The notes under the pieces are model-generated. The model was not told the DNA's origin. It saw only the letters and a program-made list of their open reading frames with translations, and did no database searches. From positions 1-33,161 of the forward strand of contig JBMORE010000025.1 of assembly GCA_049322255.1 (NCBI GenBank): a stretch of DNA of 33,161 nucleotides. The letters are read 5' to 3'. Both the position numbers and the translations under genes were made by a program. This stretch comes from Myxococcota bacterium. Its GTDB lineage: Bacteria; Myxococcota; Myxococcia; Myxococcales; Myxococcaceae. Positions within the stretch are counted from its first letter, which is position 1, and each line of letters begins with the position of its first letter. Positions 1-7,021 of this stretch are shown here, in pieces.

Positions 1-2
1 TA

Positions 3-977
3 TTCGTCGCCTGGTTGGTGGTGTTGGGCCTTGCCGTGGGCAGCTTCTTGAACGTGGTCATCGCCCGGCTGCCCCGCGACGAGAGCGTCGTGCGGCCGCG
101 CTCGCGCTGCCCGAAGTGCGGGCACCAGCTGCCGTGGTACGAGAACGTTCCCGTCGTCTCCTGGGTGTTCCTGCGCGGGAAGTGCCGCGGCTGCGGACAG
201 CCCATCTCGGTGCGCTACGTGGTCGTCGAGCTCATCACCGCGCTGCTCTTCCTCGCCTGCTGGAAGCGCTTCGGGTGGGACTACCCGCTGGCGTCGGCGC
301 TGGTCCTCATCACTCTGCTCGTCCCGCTGGTATTCATCGACGCCGAGCACTGGGTTCTTCCTTTCGAGCTCACCCTGCCCGGCATCGCCTTAGGGGTGCT
401 GATGGCGATTCCCATGGGGCGCGAGCGGCTCATGGGCGCGTTGTTGGGCGCGGCCATCGGCTTCTTGGGCTTCCGCGCGATGGAGTTTTTCGGCTGGCTG
501 GCTTTTCGCAAAGAAGCGCTCGGCGCCGGCGACAAGTTCTTGGTGGCGATGCTGGGCGCCTTCCTCACCCACCGGGCGCTCTTAGGCATCGTCTTTTTCG
601 CCTCGGTGCAAGGAGCCGTCTTCGGTCTTTTGAAGCTCTGGCTCACCGGGCGCGCCGGGCCAACCGACGGCGGCGAAGCGCCCTCCGAGGAGATCGAGGA
701 GGCGGCGCCGACGATGTCTTGGGCGTTCCTCGCTCCGGGGCTTTCCTTGCGGCGGCGGCTTTTGCTCTTTCCGTACAGCGTGCTGCTCCAACCGATTCCC
801 GATGAGCCCAAGGATGTGAGCGGGCAGCAGGTGGAGTGGAAGCCGGGCGCGACCAACCTGCCTTTCGGCCCGTGGATCGGGCTCGCTGGGATCGAGCTTT
901 TGCTCTTGGGTGAATACTTGAGCCAACGCATTCCGCTGCATGGAGTCGGGGAGCTTTTTTGGGGGGCGGGGGGATGA
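3..977 (+). CDS. pilD: Type IV prepilin peptidase (A24 family), 5'-truncated by window edge
   Basis: GSFLNVVIARLP N-terminal motif, two CxxC pairs (CPKC, CRGC), catalytic Asp motifs FIDAEH and GAGD, C-terminal PFGP. The frame is open back to base 3 (F-V-A-W-L), so the true start probably lies upstream of the window. Confidence 0.95.
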   Translation, partial: FVAWLVVLGLAVGSFLNVVIARLPRDESVVRPRSRCPKCGHQLPWYENVPVVSWVFLRGKCRGCGQPISVRYVVVELITALLFLACWKRFGWDYPLASALVLITLLVPLVFIDAEHWVLPFELTLPGIALGVLMAIPMGRERLMGALLGAAIGFLGFRAMEFFGWLAFRKEALGAGDKFLVAMLGAFLTHRALLGIVFFASVQGAVFGLLKLWLTGRAGPTDGGEAPSEEIEEAAPTMSWAFLAPGLSLRRRLLLFPYSVLLQPIPDEPKDVSGQQVEWKPGATNLPFGPWIGLAGIELLLLGEYLSQRIPLHGVGELFWGAGG

Positions 978-985
978 GTATAGCG

Positions 986-1021
986 CCCCTCACCCCTACC
1001 CTCTCCCAGGAGGAGAGGGGG
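986..1021. repeat. BoxC/PIT-like palindromic purine/pyrimidine repeat, copy 1
   Basis: CCCCTCACCCCTA-CCCTCTCC-CAGGA-GGAGAGGG-GG: 8-bp stem (999-1006/1012-1019) preceded by a C-rich arm. Near-identical copies at 2136 and 7466. Confidence 0.9.
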
Positions 1022-1029
1022 CCGCCGCG

Positions 1030-2127
1030 ATGAAGCTGAGAATCGCGGCGGTGGCGTTCTTGCTCGGCGCGGTCACCGTCGGGGTGGCCTGGCTCACCTT
1101 GCAACCGGTGCTGGTAAAGCTGCTCCCTTTGGCGGGACCGGAGGGCTTCGCGCGCCTTTCCGGTCTGCTCCCCTTCTACCTCGCGCTCGATCTGGTGGTG
1201 GCCGCGGTGGTGGTGTTCGTGGTTCTCTACTTCACCGTCGCCCGACCGCTGCGGCGCGCGGAGGAGTCGGTGGAACAGCTGGGCCGGCTCGACTGGGAGC
1301 TGCCGGTACGCGCCGCGGGGGGGCCGCTGTTGTCGCGGCTGGAGTCGGCGCTTTCGCGCATGGCCGAGGCGCTGCGCGCGGAGAAGGCCACCACGTCACG
1401 GCAGCTCAAAGAGCTGCGCGAAACGAACGAGGCGCTCACCCGCACCCAGACCGAGCTCGTCGCCTCCGAACGCCTCGCCACCGTCGGCAAGCTCGCTGCT
1501 GGCGTCGCGCATGAGGTGGGAAATCCGCTCGGGGGGATTCTCGGGTACGTCTCGGTGGCCCGCTCCCGCGCGCAGGACAACCCGGAGATGAAGGACCTGC
1601 TCGATCGCCTCGAGACCGAGGTGCAACGGATCGATCAAATCGTCCGCGGGCTACTCGACATCGGCCGTCCAGCGCGGGGCAAGGGCGGCCCGGTGGAGGT
1701 CGCGCCCATCGCCGCTGCCTGCGTGAAGCTGGCCGCCGCAGGGCCGGACTTCGCCGGCGTCGACATCTCTTCGTCCGTCGAGCCGGGGACGGTGGCTCAA
1801 GCGGAGAGCGGCCCTCTGTCGCAGGTGCTGCTCAACCTCCTGCTCAACGCAGCCCAGGCGATGGACGGCAAGGGGCACGTCGAGCTTCTCGCCAAGCGCG
1901 AGGGACAAGAGGTGGTGCTTGCGATTCGCGATCACGGGCCGGGTATTTCTCCCGAGGCGCGTGACCAGCTCTTCGAGCCTTTTTTCACCACCAAGGCCGC
2001 GGGGAAGGGCACCGGGCTCGGCTTGGCGGTCTGCCGCCATCTGGTGACGCAGATGGGCGGCCAGCTCTCCGCGGCCAACGCGGAAGGGGGGGGCGCGGTG
2101 TTTGTTGTTCGGTTGCCCGCGGCGTGA
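1030..2127 (+). CDS. pilS2: Membrane sensor histidine kinase (2 TM, HAMP, HisKA, HATPase), PilS2-like
   Basis: H-box AHEVGNPL, N-box NLLLNAAQA, G1 DHGPGI, F-box FEPFFTTK, G2 GTGLGL. ATG at 1030 (MKLRIAAV) preferred over 940. Symbol from position between pilD and pilM, as in M. xanthus. Confidence 0.88.
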   Translation: MKLRIAAVAFLLGAVTVGVAWLTLQPVLVKLLPLAGPEGFARLSGLLPFYLALDLVVAAVVVFVVLYFTVARPLRRAEESVEQLGRLDWELPVRAAGGPLLSRLESALSRMAEALRAEKATTSRQLKELRETNEALTRTQTELVASERLATVGKLAAGVAHEVGNPLGGILGYVSVARSRAQDNPEMKDLLDRLETEVQRIDQIVRGLLDIGRPARGKGGPVEVAPIAAACVKLAAAGPDFAGVDISSSVEPGTVAQAESGPLSQVLLNLLLNAAQAMDGKGHVELLAKREGQEVVLAIRDHGPGISPEARDQLFEPFFTTKAAGKGTGLGLAVCRHLVTQMGGQLSAANAEGGGAVFVVRLPAA

Positions 2128-2135
2128 GCTAATAG

Positions 2136-2170
2136 CCCCTCACCCCAACCCTCTTCCCAAGGGAGAGGGA
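2136..2170. repeat. BoxC/PIT-like palindromic purine/pyrimidine repeat, copy 2
   Basis: CCCCTCACCCCAA-CCCTCTTCCC-AA-GGGAGAGGG-A, with one bulged T in the stem. Fills most of the pilS2-pilR2 intergenic gap. Confidence 0.9.
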
Positions 2171-2180
2171 GCCACAGTCC

Positions 2181-3578
2181 ATGTCTACCTTCCGCAACAT
2201 TCTCGTCGCCGATGACGAGGCGTCGATCCGCCACGTGCTCTCTCTCGTGCTCACCGACAAGGGCTACGAGGTGCGCGCGGTTTCTGACGGTGACGAGGCG
2301 CTGCGCGAGCTTTCCGCCCGCAGCTACGACGTGGTCATCTCTGATGTGCGCATGCCCAAGGTCGACGGGCTTGCTCTGCTCAAAAAAGCGCTCGAGCTTC
2401 ACCCGGACGTCACCTTCTTGGTGATGAGCGCGTACGGCTCTCCCGACGCGGCCCTGGAGGCGGTGGCCGCCGGCGCCTACGACTACGTGCAAAAGCCCTT
2501 CAAGCCCGAGGAGGTGGTGCTCGCGCTGCAGAAGGCGGAAGAACGGCAGCGCCTCTTGCGCGAGAACCGCCGTCTCAAGGGTAGCGCCCCTTCCGAGCCG
2601 CTTTCGCGCCTCTTGGGAGAAAGCGAGGGAATTCTCCAGGTCCGCAAGCAGGTGCAAAGGCTGGCGAAGGTCTCCACCACCGTGCTGGTCACCGGGGAGA
2701 GCGGCACCGGCAAGGAGCTGGTCGCCCGGGCGCTCCACGAGCTTTCACCCCGCGCGGCGATGCCCTTCGTGGCAGTCAACTGCGGCGCCATTCCTCCCGG
2801 CCTCATCGAGTCGGAGCTGTTCGGCCACGCCCGCGGCGCCTTCACCGACGCCCGCACCGCCAAGCGCGGGCTGTTCGCCGACGCCGACGGGGGCACGCTC
2901 TTTCTCGACGAGATTGGAGAGCTGCCCGCTCCCGCCCAGGTGAAGCTCTTGCGCTTCCTTCAGGAGGGAGAGATTCGCCCGGTGGGGGAAAACCGCGCCG
3001 AGAAGGTGGACGTGCGCGTGGTGGCCGCCACCTTGCGCGATTTGGGCAAGGCGGTGGAGCGCGGCGAGTTCCGCGAGGACCTCTACTATCGCCTCAACGT
3101 GGTGCAGCTGCACGTGCCACCGCTCCGCGAGCGCATCGAGGACGTGCGGGTGCTGGCGCGCGCTTTCCTCTCCCGCTTCCAACGCCAGCTCAACGCCGGG
3201 GTGAAAGGTTTCTCGCCGGAGGCAGAAGCGCTCCTGTCCAGCTACCCCTGGCCGGGGAACGTGCGCGAGCTCGAAAACGCAGTCGAGCGCGCGGTGCTCC
3301 TGGCCGATGGAGAGCTCATCGTCCCCGAAAACCTGCCGGAGAAGGTTTGGGCGCCTCGCGGCACCTCGAGCGCCCCGGCCCGTGCCGCCGACCCGCAGGA
3401 CCTCTCCTTGAAGCGCGCAGTGCGCGAGCTCGAGGAGTCCTTCATTCGCGCCGCCCTGCGCCGCACCAAGGGCAACCGCACCCGTGCCGCCGAGCTTTTG
3501 GAGATCAGCCACCGTGCGCTGCTCTACAAGATCAAGGACTTTGGCATCGACCCCGACGCCGAAGGGGAGCGCGGCTAG
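2181..3578 (+). CDS. pilR2: Sigma54-dependent response regulator (REC-AAA+-Fis HTH), PilR2/Nla23-like
   Basis: Receiver motifs ILVADDE, SDVRMP and KPF; Walker A GESGTGKE; ESELFGH..GAFTDA; Walker B LFLDEIG; FREDLYYRLNV; WPGNVRELEN; C-terminal GNRTRAAELLEIS HTH. Confidence 0.92.
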   Translation: MSTFRNILVADDEASIRHVLSLVLTDKGYEVRAVSDGDEALRELSARSYDVVISDVRMPKVDGLALLKKALELHPDVTFLVMSAYGSPDAALEAVAAGAYDYVQKPFKPEEVVLALQKAEERQRLLRENRRLKGSAPSEPLSRLLGESEGILQVRKQVQRLAKVSTTVLVTGESGTGKELVARALHELSPRAAMPFVAVNCGAIPPGLIESELFGHARGAFTDARTAKRGLFADADGGTLFLDEIGELPAPAQVKLLRFLQEGEIRPVGENRAEKVDVRVVAATLRDLGKAVERGEFREDLYYRLNVVQLHVPPLRERIEDVRVLARAFLSRFQRQLNAGVKGFSPEAEALLSSYPWPGNVRELENAVERAVLLADGELIVPENLPEKVWAPRGTSSAPARAADPQDLSLKRAVRELEESFIRAALRRTKGNRTRAAELLEISHRALLYKIKDFGIDPDAEGERG

Positions 3579-3601
3579 TAGTGCGACAATCGCCCACCCA
3601 C

Positions 3602-3646
3602 TACCAATGGTATAACTTCATATCAATGATATCTAATTTAGATGAA
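3602..3646. promoter_or_regulatory. AT-rich array of three perfect inverted repeats (candidate operators)
   Basis: TACCA-A-TGGTA (3602-3612), ATATCA-A-TGATAT (3620-3632), ATCTAA-T-TTAGAT (3631-3643). The most AT-rich patch I noticed in the window. Confidence 0.6.
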
Positions 3647-3664
3647 AATGACGGATCACAGGAT

Positions 3665-3694
3665 TTGACTCCGCCTGCGGACCGATCTCACAAT
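3665..3694 (+). promoter_or_regulatory. Candidate sigma70-type promoter for the HTH-pilMNOPQ unit
   Basis: TTGACT (3665-3670), 18-bp spacer, CACAAT (3689-3694); ATG at 3723 preceded by GGGAGAGGGG. Confidence 0.6.
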
Positions 3695-3722
3695 TCTCCC
3701 GTTTCCTTGGTGGGAGAGGGGC

Positions 3723-3923
3723 ATGTCCAACGGTAAGTCGAACAACGTGCAGCGACTGCGCGAAGAGCGGCTGATGTCGAAGGCGGAGCTGGCCCGCAGG
3801 GCCGGGGTTTCGGTGCTCACCGTCAACCGCATCGAGAAGGGCGCCGAGTGTCGCCTGGACACCAAGCGTAAGATCATTCTCGCCTTGGGGCTCAAGGTGC
3901 AGGACCGGGAGAAGGTGTTCTAG
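3723..3923 (+). CDS. Small XRE/Cro-C1 family helix-turn-helix protein (66 aa)
   Basis: VQRLREERLMSKAELARRAGVSVLTVNRIEKG is a typical HTH_3 pattern; good RBS; GC-rich third codon positions. Confidence 0.9.
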   Translation: MSNGKSNNVQRLREERLMSKAELARRAGVSVLTVNRIEKGAECRLDTKRKIILALGLKVQDREKVF

Positions 3924-3998
3924 CGGCAGAGTTTTTCGAGGTCGGCGAAAGCGGGGTTAGCCTTCGCCTTCCAAGCAGTCCGTCGAGGAGAGTCAAGG

Positions 3999-5081
<1,083 letters not shown>

Positions 5082-5102
5082 CCTCGAGGGAACTCGTCCG
5101 TC

Positions 5103-5783
5103 ATGATGATTCGCATCAACCTCCTGCCGGTTCGGCAGGTTCAAAAGCGCGAGTTCGGGCGCCAGCTCTTGGTGCTGTACGGAGTGGTGTTTCTGGGCAC
5201 CACGATCGCCAACTACCTCTGGTACGACAACCGCGCCTCACAGGCCGAGCGGTACCAGCAGCGGGCCACCGAGACGCAGAACCGCATCGCCGAGCTCGAG
5301 AAGGTCATCGGCGAGGTGAACAACATCAACAAGCGCAAGAAGGAGGTCGAGGACAAGCTCAAGATCCTCGGAGACCTGCGAAAGGGCCGCTCCGGTCCTG
5401 TGCGCATGCTCGACGCGCTGGCCACCGCGATACCCAAGAAGGTCTGGCTCTTGGACTTCGTCGAGTCCTCCAACGCCGTGAAGCTCAAGGGCACCGCGGT
5501 CAGCCATGAAGACGTCGCCGAGTTCATGCGCTCGCTCGCCAACGTGGTGTGGACGCCCAAGGGCATGGGCCGGCTGGTGGAACAAAAGCGGGACGCGAAG
5601 ACCTCGCGGGTGGAGTTGCTCTCTGGCGACGGCGTCATCGAAGACTTTCAGGTGGGTGAGATTACGGCGTTGTTCACAGGCATCGATTTGTCCAAGGCGG
5701 AGACCAAAGAGACCAAGGACGGAAGCCTCGTGGGACGGCGCGTGGAATTCGAGATCGCGATGACGACGAACTATTCGATCTAG
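5103..5783 (+). CDS. pilN: Type IV pilus alignment protein PilN
   Basis: N-terminal RINLLP PilM-binding motif, one TM helix, coiled coil, IPKKVWL; follows pilM. Confidence 0.95.
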   Translation: MMIRINLLPVRQVQKREFGRQLLVLYGVVFLGTTIANYLWYDNRASQAERYQQRATETQNRIAELEKVIGEVNNINKRKKEVEDKLKILGDLRKGRSGPVRMLDALATAIPKKVWLLDFVESSNAVKLKGTAVSHEDVAEFMRSLANVVWTPKGMGRLVEQKRDAKTSRVELLSGDGVIEDFQVGEITALFTGIDLSKAETKETKDGSLVGRRVEFEIAMTTNYSI

Positions 5784-5801
5784 GGGACAGGGAAGAACGC
5801 G

Positions 5802-6398
5802 ATGGAACAGCTGATCGATAGAATCGCCAAGGCGCCCCCGGCGGCCAAGTATGGTGGCTTGGGGGTCTTGGTGGTGGCCCTGACCTTGCTCAACTTCTTC
5901 TTCATGGTGCAGCCCGAGGAAGACCGAATGGAGCAGGTCAAAGGCCGGCAAGTGACGCTCGACCAGCAGCTGGCTGAGAAGCAGGAGATTGCCCAGAACC
6001 TGAACGAGCGCCGCCGGGAGATGGACCTGCTCGAGCAGAAGCTCGCCGAGGCGCTCACCGAGCTTCCCGACAAGAAGGAGATCGACGAGCTGCTCGCTCA
6101 GCTCAACGACATCGGTAAGAAGTCGGGCTTGGAGATTTCACGCGTCGAGCCGGGGCAGGAGACCCCCGCCACCTTCTTCGCCAAGATCCCCATTCGCATG
6201 TCGGTGAGCGGCAACTACCACGAGATCGCCATGTTCCTTCAAGAGGTGGCGAACATGCGGCGCATCGTGAACGTGAACAACATCAAGCTCGCCTCGCCCA
6301 CCAGCAAGAACGACAAGGTCGTCTTGAGCTCCGAGTTCCTGGCGACGACCTTCCGATTTCTTGATCAGGGCGCGAAACAAGGGGACAAGAAAAGGTGA
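5802..6398 (+). CDS. pilO: Type IV pilus alignment protein PilO
   Basis: TM helix and coiled coil, LPDKKEIDELL, GNYHEIAMF, RRIVNV, ATTFRF. Confidence 0.95.
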   Translation: MEQLIDRIAKAPPAAKYGGLGVLVVALTLLNFFFMVQPEEDRMEQVKGRQVTLDQQLAEKQEIAQNLNERRREMDLLEQKLAEALTELPDKKEIDELLAQLNDIGKKSGLEISRVEPGQETPATFFAKIPIRMSVSGNYHEIAMFLQEVANMRRIVNVNNIKLASPTSKNDKVVLSSEFLATTFRFLDQGAKQGDKKR

Positions 6399-6958
6399 TG
6401 ACCACGTGGCGAAAGATCGGCTTGGCGATAGCGCCGCTGGTTTTCGGGGCGCTCACCCAGCTCGGCTGCGGGGACGACTCGATGCCGGCCGCTCCGGTGG
6501 CCCCCCTTGCGCGCAAAGCAGCGGCTCCGGCCGCGGCTGCGCCGGTGGAAAACGCGAAGACCTACCAGTACGCGTACAACCCATTGGGCAAGCGTGACCC
6601 CTTCCGCGCTTACACACCCGACCTGCAGGGGCCGTCTGTCGAGATGACGCTGTGTAACGAGCCTTTGTGCCAGTGGGACCTCGACCAGCTTTCGTTGGTG
6701 GCGGTGGTGAGCGGCGATGCCAACCCGCTCGCCATGCTCGAAGACCCGGCGAAGATAGGTCACATGGTGCGCCGCAACGGACGCGTGGGGAGGCAGGGCG
6801 GCAAGGTGACGCAGATCCTGCGCGATTGCATCGTCATCACCGAGTACTGGACTGGACCGGACGGGAAAATCAACCCCAACCCGGTGAAGGTGTGCATCAA
6901 GGGTGAGCAGGCGATGTCGCCCATGCTCGATCTGTTGAATCCGCAGAAGCGGTACTGA
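6398..6958 (+). CDS. pilP: Type IV pilus lipoprotein PilP
   Basis: Signal peptide ending QLGC (lipobox-like), YNPLGKRDPF motif; TGATG overlap with pilO stop. Confidence 0.93.
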   Translation: MTTWRKIGLAIAPLVFGALTQLGCGDDSMPAAPVAPLARKAAAPAAAAPVENAKTYQYAYNPLGKRDPFRAYTPDLQGPSVEMTLCNEPLCQWDLDQLSLVAVVSGDANPLAMLEDPAKIGHMVRRNGRVGRQGGKVTQILRDCIVITEYWTGPDGKINPNPVKVCIKGEQAMSPMLDLLNPQKRY

Positions 6959-7021
6959 CGGCGGCGGTCTGAAGTGGGCGAGGCACCTGGGGGAAGCTTC
7001 AAGGAGAGAGGAAGCGCTGCG

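Noticed and set aside
940..1029. 30-aa N-terminal extension of pilS2, or a PilD-PilS2 fusion by slippage at T6-G6-C-G6 (955-973)
   Set aside because: The extension is just the translated repeat and would precede a normal MKLR+TM start; pilD ends at a normal position; no evidence for programmed frameshifting.
3621..3633. IHF site (TATCAA-N4-TTR)
   Set aside because: TATCAA matches but the TTR element reads ATC; the palindromes are a better description.
6974..7021. Upstream GTG start for pilQ
   Set aside because: ATG 7022 has a strong RBS and gives a proper signal peptide.
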